A stretch of DNA of 32,000 nucleotides from an uncultured archaeon (GTDB taxonomy: Archaea > Asgardarchaeota > Jordiarchaeia > Jordiarchaeales > Jordiarchaeaceae): assembly GCA_964510585.1 (NCBI GenBank), contig CAZECW010000082.1, positions 3,704 to 35,703 of the forward strand, written 5' to 3'. Position 1 is the first letter of the stretch, and each line of letters begins with the position of its first letter. Shown here in pieces: positions 18,761 through 27,889 of the stretch. The notes under the pieces were generated by a model. It saw only the letters and a list, made by a program, of their open reading frames with translations, was not told the origin of the DNA and did no database searches. The position numbers and the translations under genes were made by a program.

Positions 18761-19195
18761 TCAGGTCTTTACTTCCACGTTTACCGGAATTCCCCTAGAC
18801 ACCGATTCGGTGACAGTGCAGTAATTTCTGAAGATTGCTATGCAACGCTCCTTTTTCTTTGCGGATTCCTCATCTTTAAACTTGGGATTCAAAATTACGT
18901 CCATGCCTGTAACTCTTAAATATCCTTCCACACGCGAAATCTGGGCCCTGACCACACTAGTTAGCTCAACTAATTCGGCTTTCGCTTTGGATGCACAAAA
19001 AGTGAAAGATGAGGAAAGACAAGCTCCTACCGCTGCTGCGAGCAAATCATCCGGAGCTGGACCTTCATCATCACCCTGCGTCTCTGATGAGGCATCGACC
19101 ACCAAGTTGTGCCTCCCACGTATCTGGACTTCATATTTCAGTTTGCCCTTCCATTTAAGCTCAATATCTATACTCGTTTTCACCATGCCAATCAT
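18761..19195 (-). CDS. OsmC/Ohr-family protein
   Basis: GPAPDDLLAAAVGACLSSSF and FRNYCTVTESV carry the two conserved Cys. Start ATG 19195 or 19186. Confidence 0.88.
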   Translation of the reverse strand: MIGMVKTSIDIELKWKGKLKYEVQIRGRHNLVVDASSETQGDDEGPAPDDLLAAAVGACLSSSFTFCASKAKAELVELTSVVRAQISRVEGYLRVTGMDVILNPKFKDEESAKKKERCIAIFRNYCTVTESVSRGIPVNVEVKT

Positions 19196-19409
19196 ATCCC
19201 ATTTTTCCAAGGAAAATAAAATTATGAACAAAACCAAGCATTTATGGTAACTTTCAAGCATCTTTATATAAATGTACTTCAAAAAGGTTCCAAATATCTA
19301 TTTTCTAATTATTTTTGCTTTCAAAGGGGTTTAGTGTGTAGTATTTTTGGGCTTGTAAATGAGCATTGTTTTTGACATTTTTTTGGGCCAGCTCGGAAAA
19401 AACAAAATG

Positions 19410-19417
19410 TATAAATA
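19410..19417 (+). promoter_or_regulatory. TATA box of the paaK-like pair
   Basis: TATAAATA preceded by an A-rich BRE-like tract, 50 nt before ATG 19467. GAGAGG RBS between them. Confidence 0.45.
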
Positions 19418-19466
19418 GTATCAAATATATATTTTCTATAAACTGCTTATATAGAGAGGTTTTCTT

Positions 19467-20492
19467 ATGTGGAGGAGAAACATTGAAACGATGCCAAGGA
19501 AGGAACTCGAAAAACTGCAAGAAGACAGCCTCAAAAGACAGCTCAAATACGTGTACGACAACACAAGGTTCTACAATAAAAAGTTCAAAGAAGCAGGAGT
19601 AAAACCCGAAGACTTCAAAAGCCTAAAGGATCTAGAAAGGTTTCCCCTAACCACAAAACAGGACATAAAAAAAGAGGTCACACTTGATGACCCCTTCGGC
19701 GGAAGATGCGCCATTCCCAGAGACAAAATTTGGGGCATAACCCCACCCCCCGAACCGGAGATTGAGGAGCCACCCATTATGTCCATATCAACAGAGTATG
19801 AAAGAGAAGTACTTGTCGACCATCTCACCAGACATCTGGTGATGATTGGATTTTCAAGTGGCGACATTTTAGAACTACAAGCCTCCCAATGGGAAAGCAT
19901 AGCTAGTCTCATTGAGGGACACTTCCGGGTGAGGAGAACAGTGCAGAGTCTGATTCCCTTCACCTCGATTCCCATTGAAAACACCCTCTTTCTCTTAGAT
20001 GCTCCAAGGGCAACCTACCTAACAAAGTTCTTCAAACCCGATGTAATAATTACCACAGTAGATTATGCAAAATTAATGACCCAAGAACTGGAGAAGGAAA
20101 AAGGCGATCCTAAAACAGCCTTTAGACCCAAAATTGTCGTTCATAGATTCCGCCCTGGCAGCCCGCTTCTGGATGAGAAAACTAGAGAGGAGTTCAAGAA
20201 AACATGGGGTGGAACACATCTTAGCATGATTGATTTGGGATACGGTGGCTTCTACGCTATGGAATGTCTACAGTGTAATGGGCACCACGCCTGGGAGGAT
20301 GGCTTTGTTGTCGAAACAGTAGACCCCAACACGGGACAACCAGTAGGCCCCGGAGAGAAAGGAATGCTTGTATTCACAAACCTTTACGCAGAGGGAACAC
20401 CACTGGTAAGATTTGTGACAGGGCATAACGCTAGGCTGGACACCGAACCTTGTGGCTGCGGAAGAACCCATGTTAGAATATTTCTTGAATAA
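19467..20492 (+). CDS. Phenylacetate-CoA ligase-like protein, degenerate: no P-loop and no C-terminal subdomain
   Basis: PaaK-like N-terminus (IETMPRKELEKLQ...PLTTKQDI...PFG) and C-terminal GEKGMLVFTNL...CGCGRTH. The SSGTTG motif is replaced by TPPPEPEIEEPP, and the ORF ends right after CGCGRTHVR. Confidence 0.8.
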   Translation: MWRRNIETMPRKELEKLQEDSLKRQLKYVYDNTRFYNKKFKEAGVKPEDFKSLKDLERFPLTTKQDIKKEVTLDDPFGGRCAIPRDKIWGITPPPEPEIEEPPIMSISTEYEREVLVDHLTRHLVMIGFSSGDILELQASQWESIASLIEGHFRVRRTVQSLIPFTSIPIENTLFLLDAPRATYLTKFFKPDVIITTVDYAKLMTQELEKEKGDPKTAFRPKIVVHRFRPGSPLLDEKTREEFKKTWGGTHLSMIDLGYGGFYAMECLQCNGHHAWEDGFVVETVDPNTGQPVGPGEKGMLVFTNLYAEGTPLVRFVTGHNARLDTEPCGCGRTHVRIFLE

Positions 20493-20521
20493 ATAAAAAT
20501 TGAATTTTGGAGGGAGACTCA

Positions 20522-21877
20522 TTGGTTGAAAGTGAGCTTGATAAGTTTTGGAATAAGAAAATTGAAACCATGCCGAGAGAGGAAATAGAAGAACTTCAAC
20601 TAAAGAAGATAAAGGCTGAAATCAACTATGCCTATCATAACACTCCATTTTACAAGAAGAGCTTCAAAGAAGCAGGAGTAACACCAGAAGACATAAAAAC
20701 AATAAGCGACTTTGACACCAAAGTCCCAATTCTTTATAAAGACGATTTGAGAGCGGAGAGAAGCCGAACAGGAGACCCCTTCGGAGGCCTCCTAAGTGTA
20801 CCCTTAAACGAGAGGGTAAAAGTGATAAATGCCTCTACGGGAACCACAGGAGTTCCAAGCGTTTTTGCCTACACAAATGATGACTGGATGATGGCTGCAG
20901 AGCAGGAAACAAGACTAAAATGGATGAGAGGATGGCGACCAAAAGACATAGTCTTCGCCACAGGCATAAGATGGCACGGATACGTAGTGATTTCCGCAAC
21001 CGGACTAGACATAGTTAATATCACCGGAATAAGCGACTGCATGTATCCCCTGCCCCACATTGCAAAAAGACACGTAATAGAAATGAAATACATGAAGCCA
21101 CAAATATTCGCCGGCCCCATGCTAACCATGTCCGCAATATTTGAAGCCGCCAAAAAAATGGGAGAAGACATAAAGAAACTCTTCTCAAGCGTCAGACTCA
21201 TCGATACGGGCTACGGAGAAATTGTCACTAAGACTGTTAAGAGGAGAATTGAGGCGGAGACTGGTGTTCCGCCAGAGAGAATTTTTGACTTTGGGGGTGT
21301 GGCGGATCCACTGTGGTATTTTGGGGATTGCGAGGAGCATGAGGGTAATCATCAGTGTGATGATTTATTCTACACTAAAGCTTTTGATCTGGAGACTCAT
21401 GAACCGTTGGCCAGTGGTGAGAGGGGTGAGATTGTGGTTACTAATCTTTTTGCTGAAGCCACGCCCATGTTGAAGTGGGGAACTGAAGATACGGGCGCCG
21501 TGTTTACTGAGAAGTGTGGTTGCGGAAGAACTCACGTTAGATCTATCATACTGGGTAGAGAGGCTTTTGCTGCTAACATTAAGGGTATGAGGGTTTTCCC
21601 AGCGGATATAGAGAACATTTTGGGGGATATACCGGGGTTTACTGAGTGGTTCACTATGCTCAAATATTCTAAGGGCCCCATGGACACCTTGAAGTTGAAG
21701 ATGGCCACCGATAAGGATAAGGTTAAGGATCCTGAGGAGTACAAGAGAGAGGTTAAGAGGAGGCTTAAAGAGAAGCTGGATGTGGAATCAGAAATTGAGA
21801 TTGTCGAATCAGTATCTGACTTGCCTTTCGTGGGCCATAAAGTCGTGAAGCTATTGGATATGACAAAACAGGCATAA
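20522..21877 (+). CDS. Phenylacetate-CoA ligase family (PaaK/F390 synthetase-like) adenylate-forming enzyme
   Basis: ASTGTTGVP P-loop, GERGEIVVTNL, CGCGRTH, VFPADIE, C-terminal domain with GHKVVK. TTG 20522 follows GGAGGGA. Confidence 0.85.
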   Translation: MVESELDKFWNKKIETMPREEIEELQLKKIKAEINYAYHNTPFYKKSFKEAGVTPEDIKTISDFDTKVPILYKDDLRAERSRTGDPFGGLLSVPLNERVKVINASTGTTGVPSVFAYTNDDWMMAAEQETRLKWMRGWRPKDIVFATGIRWHGYVVISATGLDIVNITGISDCMYPLPHIAKRHVIEMKYMKPQIFAGPMLTMSAIFEAAKKMGEDIKKLFSSVRLIDTGYGEIVTKTVKRRIEAETGVPPERIFDFGGVADPLWYFGDCEEHEGNHQCDDLFYTKAFDLETHEPLASGERGEIVVTNLFAEATPMLKWGTEDTGAVFTEKCGCGRTHVRSIILGREAFAANIKGMRVFPADIENILGDIPGFTEWFTMLKYSKGPMDTLKLKMATDKDKVKDPEEYKREVKRRLKEKLDVESEIEIVESVSDLPFVGHKVVKLLDMTKQA

Positions 21878-21951
21878 CCATTCCTCCCCCTTTTTTAAAT
21901 AGTTTTTTGTATTCTTCATATTTGTTTTATTTTTTTTATTTTTGAGAGTAG

Positions 21952-22085
21952 CTTGACAATGTTAAATTTGGTCGTTTACCCCCTTCAAGCATTAATGAAG
22001 CAGTAAAAAATCCACCTTCTCTAAAGCATTAGACAAAAAAATCAAGGGAAAATGTAGCACCGAAAACAAATTTAACATTGTCAAG
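21952..22085. mobile_element. Miniature inverted-repeat transposable element (MITE), 134 bp
   Basis: Perfect 19-bp TIRs CTTGACAATGTTAAATTTG (21952-21970) / CAAATTTAACATTGTCAAG (22067-22085), flanked by the direct repeat GTAG (21948-21951 and 22086-22089). No internal ORF. Confidence 0.8.
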
Positions 22086-22165
22086 GTAGCATTTAAGGAA
22101 AAAAACAAAAATGAAAAAGTTGAGAAGGTAGGAGAATATTTGGCTAATAGGATAGATTTTTGTTT

Positions 22166-23347
22166 TTACTTTATTTTTTGTGCTAGTTGTTTTCCGAATT
22201 CATAGCATTCTTTTAGTTGTTCTTCTTTGGGCACCCATTTTGATCTGGGTCCGGGTTCTACTACTTCGAATTTCATTTCTTGGAGGACTGGGATGATGTT
22301 TTTGTATGCTCCGCCTCCCCATCCGTAGGATTCGAAGGCTGCTGCTATTTTTTTTCCTGGTGGTCTGAGTCCTTTTATGAATTCTAGTATTCCTCTTATT
22401 GCGGGCATCATGGTCATGTTTAGGGTTGCGGATCCTATTAGGATGATTTTGGACAGCATGACGTCCCTGATTATGAGTCCCCAGTCTGAGAAGCGTACTG
22501 GGTACATTGTTGTTTGTACTCCGTTGTCCATTAGTCCTCGGCTTATTTCTCTGGCCATCATGTCGGTGCTTCCCCACATGGTGTCGAATATTATTACTGC
22601 TCTGTTTTCGGCTTCGCCGCTGGCCCATTTGGCGTAGGCGTTTATTATTCTCTCGGGTTTCTTGTTCCAGATTAATCCGTGAGCTGGGCATATCATGTCT
22701 ATGGGGACTTTTAGGTTTTTTACTTCCTCCAGTTTTTTGAGGACTAGTTGGGAGTAGGGCAGGACTATTTGGGCGTAGTATCTGGCCGCGTGGTCCATTA
22801 CTATTTGTTCTCCCAAGTCGTCCACGAATCTTTCAGGTGATGCTATGTGTTGTCCGAAGGGATCGTTGGAGAATAGTATGTGGTTTTCTTTAAGGTAGGT
22901 CATCATGTTGTCTGGCCAGTGCAACATTTGGGCTTCAATGAAGACTAGGTTCCTCTCCCCAATGTTTAGTGTGTCGCCTGTTTTTACTATTTTTAATGGT
23001 CGGTCTATTTTATAGTAGCCTGTGAGTGAGTCTTCGGCTCTCTTGGAGCAGATTATTTCCGCCTTAGGTGCAAGTTTAAGCATGTCTTCTATGTTTCCAG
23101 CGTGGTCTGGTTCTGCATGGTTCACGACCAAATAGTTGATGTCTTTTGGGTCGACTATTTCTCTCACTCTTTTTATCATTTCAAGGCTGTGCGTGTGCTT
23201 TACGCCATCAACTAGGGCAATTTTTTTGTCAACAATTAGATATGCGTTGTAAGTGGTACCGAGTGGTGTTTGATAGGAACCGCAGTATCGTAGGTTCCAG
23301 TCTATGGCACCTACCCAGTACACCCCTTCTGCCAATTTAACGCTCAA
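22166..23347 (-). CDS. fprA: Flavodiiron protein (A-type flavoprotein; O2/NO reductase family)
   Basis: GTTYNAYL, NHAEPDHAG (HxExDH), HWPD, FSNDPFGQH, CPAHG; flavodoxin motifs TMWGST and FESYGWGGG. Confidence 0.95.
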   Translation of the reverse strand: MSVKLAEGVYWVGAIDWNLRYCGSYQTPLGTTYNAYLIVDKKIALVDGVKHTHSLEMIKRVREIVDPKDINYLVVNHAEPDHAGNIEDMLKLAPKAEIICSKRAEDSLTGYYKIDRPLKIVKTGDTLNIGERNLVFIEAQMLHWPDNMMTYLKENHILFSNDPFGQHIASPERFVDDLGEQIVMDHAARYYAQIVLPYSQLVLKKLEEVKNLKVPIDMICPAHGLIWNKKPERIINAYAKWASGEAENRAVIIFDTMWGSTDMMAREISRGLMDNGVQTTMYPVRFSDWGLIIRDVMLSKIILIGSATLNMTMMPAIRGILEFIKGLRPPGKKIAAAFESYGWGGGAYKNIIPVLQEMKFEVVEPGPRSKWVPKEEQLKECYEFGKQLAQKIK

Positions 23348-23693
23348 AACATTACACCCCTAAAAATTTCCAGAAATTTAATCTGGTATACTGTAAAATA
23401 TGGAGGTATTATATTTAAACAGTTCGAGCCAAAAATTCCAGAAAAAAAGAAAGATTTGAGAACGTGAGCTGCAGATGTCTGGGCTTTTTTTGGTGTCTGG
23501 AGCCCTAATTAGACAGGTGGGGAATAAGTGTTAGGGCTACTCAACCAGATGTCACATTAAAGAATTTTTTTATTCCTTATGCGTCTCCTTCAAAACATGC
23601 ATTTTACGGCAATATGTTTGATGTGAAATTTTTAGTCCAAAAAGAATAAATTATCTTTTTTTAGAGTTTACTTAGAATGGTTTGGAGGGTTTG

Positions 23694-24239
23694 TTGGTGT
23701 CGCGAGAAATTTTCGGTTCTATTCCTGGAGAGGCGAACAGAATTGGTGATTTTGCCGAGATTTTGAATGAGGAGTTGATGTCTTCAAACATCCGAGTTAA
23801 GAGGAAAAGCCAGTTTGAATGGAAGGTGAGAAGGGGCATTAATACGAAGGGGAAACTGAGAATCTATAGGAGTGGCTCAAACATTGTTTATGAGGGGAGA
23901 GTTGGACATAACTATATTCCCCTAGTTCTTTCTCTAATCTTAACACTTGCGCTCCTAATTGTCTCCCTGTTTTTCATCTTTCTTGGAATTTTCTTCACAT
24001 TCTTTTTCCTATTCATTTTCCTGGCGTTGGGTGATGTCGACCGCTTGGAATACGAGGTTGAAGACGCGTTACAACGTGCAATAAACAGGTTTTCACCACA
24101 GCCAACCATTTCAACCCCTCAAAGGGAAGAGAAAATAGCCAAGTATGAACCCAGCTCAGACCATTACTGTATGTACTGTGGACGTCGAATAACTCCTGAC
24201 GCAATATACTGTCCCAGATGCGGAGGAAGAATACGATAA
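23694..24239 (+). CDS. Membrane protein with C-terminal double zinc ribbon
   Basis: Hydrophobic stretch IPLVLSLIL...FFLFIFLAL. CMYC...YCPRC at the C-terminus. GGAGG at 23684-23688 suggests a start at 23694 or 23697. Confidence 0.75.
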   Translation: MVSREIFGSIPGEANRIGDFAEILNEELMSSNIRVKRKSQFEWKVRRGINTKGKLRIYRSGSNIVYEGRVGHNYIPLVLSLILTLALLIVSLFFIFLGIFFTFFFLFIFLALGDVDRLEYEVEDALQRAINRFSPQPTISTPQREEKIAKYEPSSDHYCMYCGRRITPDAIYCPRCGGRIR

Positions 24240-24287
24240 GGTTCCAATATTATACTGTTTCCTTCAAGGAAATGTGCTGCGATTTGA

Positions 24288-25034
24288 TTAAGTTGTGGGC
24301 AGGTTGTAGTAGTTCTGGAATCTTAGTGCGTCTTCCTTCATTGTGATATTGTTAAAAAGTAGGTAGCACTGTTTAACATTTATTGACTTAATGATGTCCT
24401 TTAGTCTGTAGAGGTCGTTGTCCGTGTATGTGTATTTGTACATTTTTTTGCCTGGGGGAGCGCCGTGCAGCCTTAGGTAGGCTGTGTCTTTAGCCAGGTA
24501 GGCGGGGTTTGATGCAAAGGGGTCAACCGTGTGGGTTATGTCGAGTTCTTCGCAGAGGCTTTTAACAAGTGGGGCGGTCCAGTTTTTCCCGCGGGGTTCC
24601 CAAGCAAATATTAGTCCTTCACGGTTTATTGTTGAGAAGAATTCCTTCATGTTTTTGATGTTCTCTTCGGATGGTGTGAAGCTGGCTGGGCACTGGAAGA
24701 GGCATACCTTGGCCTCTAGAATCTTGCAGATTGTGCTTATGGTTTCCCAGGCCTCTGAAACCTCAGGTGTGGGTTTAAAGTGGCCGTAAAGCTTCTTTTT
24801 TTCCTCTGGAATTTTAATTCCGGCCTTTTTGTAGGTGGGAGAGTTTGGGTCATGGGTTATGAGTTGCCAAGCCTTTACTGCGAACTCGAAATCTTTGGGG
24901 GCCCTGCTGCGCCAATTTTTCAAGGTTTCCTCGCTGGGGGGTTTATAGAAGGTCCTTTGAACCTCTGTTAATTTAAATTTTTTAAAATACTGTTCAATGC
25001 TTTCCGGAAAACCACAACAGCCTATCTTAATCAT
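24288..25034 (-). CDS. DUF72 (YecE) family TIM-barrel protein
   Basis: IGCCGF, EVQRTFY, FEFAVKAWQLITH, LFQCPASF, AWEPRG, YLRLHG, YLLFNN. Confidence 0.9.
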   Translation of the reverse strand: MIKIGCCGFPESIEQYFKKFKLTEVQRTFYKPPSEETLKNWRSRAPKDFEFAVKAWQLITHDPNSPTYKKAGIKIPEEKKKLYGHFKPTPEVSEAWETISTICKILEAKVCLFQCPASFTPSEENIKNMKEFFSTINREGLIFAWEPRGKNWTAPLVKSLCEELDITHTVDPFASNPAYLAKDTAYLRLHGAPPGKKMYKYTYTDNDLYRLKDIIKSINVKQCYLLFNNITMKEDALRFQNYYNLPTT

Positions 25035-25382
25035 ATTCTACTCCCAAGAGAATTGAGTACATGAAGCTTTTCTATTTTTTGAGTGCGCCCCACAATTTTC
25101 AAATAATAGAAGGCAATGTGGGAATGCTTGATTCTAACCCTTTACTTTTAGGCTCAAATAGAAAAATAAGCGCTATTGAAGCTTCTTTCAGATGTGAAAC
25201 TGGACAACTCCAAATTTTCATAGAAGGAAAAAACGATAATTATTATAAACATACTAGGATATGATTCTAACAATAAAAATAATGGATGCGCAGCATTAAA
25301 GTTACGCGTTGATGAAACAAATGCAGGTTTTAAGATTTTGCACAAATTTGGTTCCGAGCTTAAGTTTTGAGGAGCGGGTTTT

Positions 25383-26774
25383 ATGGATCTCAAAAAAGTT
25401 TTCGAGCCCAAAAGTATGGCTGTCGTGGGAGTTTCGGTTACCAACCCGTTAAACCCTGGTACTGTTATTTTTAACAAAAATCATCACGAAATGCAAGTAA
25501 AAACCTTTCCGATTAACCTTAGAGGAGGAAGCATTGAGGGGACACAAATCTACCCCACAGTTCTAGATATACCCGAGGAAGTGGATTTAGCGGTCATAGT
25601 AGTGCGGGCGGACCTGGTAAACTCCGTTTTGGAGGACTGTGGAAAAGCGGGCATCGGGGGCGCAATTGTTATATCGGGAGGTTTTGCCGAGATGGGAAAT
25701 GGGGGAGTTGAACTCCAAAATCAACTGGTCAAGATAGCAAACGAGTATGACATTGCCCTTATAGGCCCAAACTGTATGGGGGTATATAGTCCACCTTATG
25801 TTGACACCTTTTTTATACCTAGTGAGAGAATGCTTAAGCCCCCACCTGGAAATGTGGCTATCTTGAGCCAAAGTGGGGGCTTTATTGTTGACCAGTTTCT
25901 AAGCAAATATGCGGAGAGAAAAATTGGCGTTTCAGCCGCAGTTAGCATAGGAAACAAGGCGGTGGTGGATGAAACAATTCTTATGGAGTATTTCCTCAAA
26001 GACAAGAGGACCAAAACTGTGGCAATGTATATTGAAGGATTTAGGGAGGGAGAGGGCAGGAGATTCTTGGATGTTGCTGCCGAATTCGGGGACAACAAGA
26101 ACATCATAGTTTTTAGAGCGGGAAAAACTGATGTTGGGCGGAAAGCGGCTATGTCCCACACGAGCTCAATTGCTGCTTCACCCCGATTAGCCTCTGATGT
26201 CTTTAGGCAGTATGGAATAGTGGAGGCGGAAAATGAGCAGGAAATAGTTAGTTTCGCCAAGGTACTTTCATTCAAGAACAAGCCCATAAAGAACGGAGAC
26301 ATAGCCATACTAACAGTTTCGGGAGGACATGGCGTGGTCTGCGCAGATTTAGCAGTTAAATATGGCTTAAATCTTGTAGAGTTCACTCAAGAAGAAATGA
26401 AGGAAATGAAGCAGTTGATAAGTCCTGCAGCAGCGCGTATAGCATCTTTGTCGAATCCTATAGACCTCACAGGAAGCGCAGAGGACATAGATATGGAAAG
26501 AGTATTAGAGTACATTCTTCAAATAGACAGGGTTGAGGCAGTTCTAATATTAAACTTCCCCTATCCTCCCACAATAAGTATGCAGATAGGCCGCAGGTTA
26601 TCCAATATTGCTGGAAGATACGGTAAGCCAGTAGTAGCATACGTACCCTGGCTTTTAAAGTATGACATAATAATTGAAGGATTCGAAATAAACAATGTAC
26701 CAGTAGCCCACACCCTAGAAGAGGCGGTTCAAATGATAAAGGGATTAAAAATGAGACGCCCTAAAAAACCATAA
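25383..26774 (+). CDS. ADP-forming acyl-CoA synthetase, alpha subunit (ACD family)
   Basis: FEPKSMAVVG, VDLAVI, ISGGFAE, GPNCMG, SQSGG, GNKA, AAMSHT (phospho-His), NPIDLTG. Confidence 0.92.
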   Translation: MDLKKVFEPKSMAVVGVSVTNPLNPGTVIFNKNHHEMQVKTFPINLRGGSIEGTQIYPTVLDIPEEVDLAVIVVRADLVNSVLEDCGKAGIGGAIVISGGFAEMGNGGVELQNQLVKIANEYDIALIGPNCMGVYSPPYVDTFFIPSERMLKPPPGNVAILSQSGGFIVDQFLSKYAERKIGVSAAVSIGNKAVVDETILMEYFLKDKRTKTVAMYIEGFREGEGRRFLDVAAEFGDNKNIIVFRAGKTDVGRKAAMSHTSSIAASPRLASDVFRQYGIVEAENEQEIVSFAKVLSFKNKPIKNGDIAILTVSGGHGVVCADLAVKYGLNLVEFTQEEMKEMKQLISPAAARIASLSNPIDLTGSAEDIDMERVLEYILQIDRVEAVLILNFPYPPTISMQIGRRLSNIAGRYGKPVVAYVPWLLKYDIIIEGFEINNVPVAHTLEEAVQMIKGLKMRRPKKP

Positions 26775-27001
26775 TAACCTAGTTTTCCAAGAATTCCGGA
26801 AGGAGTATCGGATAACTACCCTAAACAACCAACCATATATCCAAAGATAGTTTCGAAAAAGATAAGTAATCGTGGGTAAAAACAATTTTTTGTGCGGTTT
26901 TTTAAATTTTTCACTAAAATTTTATATATTTTGTTTGGGAAATTTTAATTAGCAAGTATACTTGTGTAGAGTTAAAAAAGGCAAGTGTGGGGTTAAGTTA
27001 G

Positions 27002-27796
27002 TTGTTGACACCCGACTATCTCACTTTTTTAATTAATTATGAATTCCTGTTGACCATACTGGTGCTCTTCGTTAGTGCTAATTTCATCTGGCGATTTTGG
27101 AAATTAAGAAAGGTTCCCTTGATTTATCTCGCCCTCACATTCATTCTCTTCGCCTTGGGAGTATTTTTCGTTGCTTTGAGTCACATCGACCACTTCGCTA
27201 TTTATCCCATTCTTCTCAGAGACTACATGATTGATAGTTACGTGTTACCTTTCAGAATTCAAGGCCACTTTTACTCGGTTCTTACCGATTGGGTCATAAT
27301 AATTTTTCAAGGCTGGCTGAAGGGCTCCATATACATTTTCTCATTCTCCATCGCGCTGGCTGCTGTTGGAAACCTCTTCCTTTTCGCCTTCACTCTGGAA
27401 GCGTTCTTACAGAAAAAGAAAAAGTGGATGATCCTCTATTCCATAATTTTCACGCCGCTATTCATTATTATACTCGTTTCATTCAATGTTACATTAAACT
27501 TTATGCTGGCAATGATAATTGGACTCGTCACCTATATACCATTGATATACTTAGCGTTAAAGGCAGCCAAGATAACTGAAAAAAGGCTTTTCCGCTATGG
27601 GTTCATTATGATTTCTTTTACCTCTGTATTCCTATCGTTGTTCTTTGTTTTTCTATTCATAGAGGGAGCCTTAACAGAGGGATGGAGCATATTCGTACCC
27701 ATAGGATACACCATGGGACTACTAGCAGGCATATCTGCATACGTGGGATACGTTTTGCCAAACTGGTTCCGCAGACTAATACGCGAAAAAGGTTAG
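27002..27796 (+). CDS. Hypothetical polytopic (about 7-TM) membrane protein
   Basis: About seven hydrophobic segments separated by short basic loops. C-terminal GYVLPNWFRRLI. No soluble output domain. Confidence 0.8.
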   Translation: MLTPDYLTFLINYEFLLTILVLFVSANFIWRFWKLRKVPLIYLALTFILFALGVFFVALSHIDHFAIYPILLRDYMIDSYVLPFRIQGHFYSVLTDWVIIIFQGWLKGSIYIFSFSIALAAVGNLFLFAFTLEAFLQKKKKWMILYSIIFTPLFIIILVSFNVTLNFMLAMIIGLVTYIPLIYLALKAAKITEKRLFRYGFIMISFTSVFLSLFFVFLFIEGALTEGWSIFVPIGYTMGLLAGISAYVGYVLPNWFRRLIREKG

Positions 27797-27812
27797 AGAC
27801 GAACAACCATCA

Positions 27813-27846
27813 AATCCTGCACAAAAGCAGGATTCAACCTTTTTTA
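27813..27846 (+). terminator. Hairpin plus T-tract between convergent genes
   Basis: AATCCTGC-ACAAAA-GCAGGATT followed by CAACCTTTTTTT. Confidence 0.45.
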
Positions 27847-27889
27847 TATAGTTAAAAGTTTTTTTGGCTCACATGTTTTTTATGGCTAT

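Noticed and set aside
23496-23549. 8-bp inverted repeat AGCCCTAA/TTAGGGCT in the fprA divergent intergenic region
   Set aside because: Short, no TSD and not repeated elsewhere in the window. Compatible with chance.
25061-25477. ORFs 25061..25264 (+) and 25154..25477 (-)
   Set aside because: No recognisable motifs or RBS. One overlaps the acyl-CoA synthetase antisense, and the region reads as a divergent promoter.
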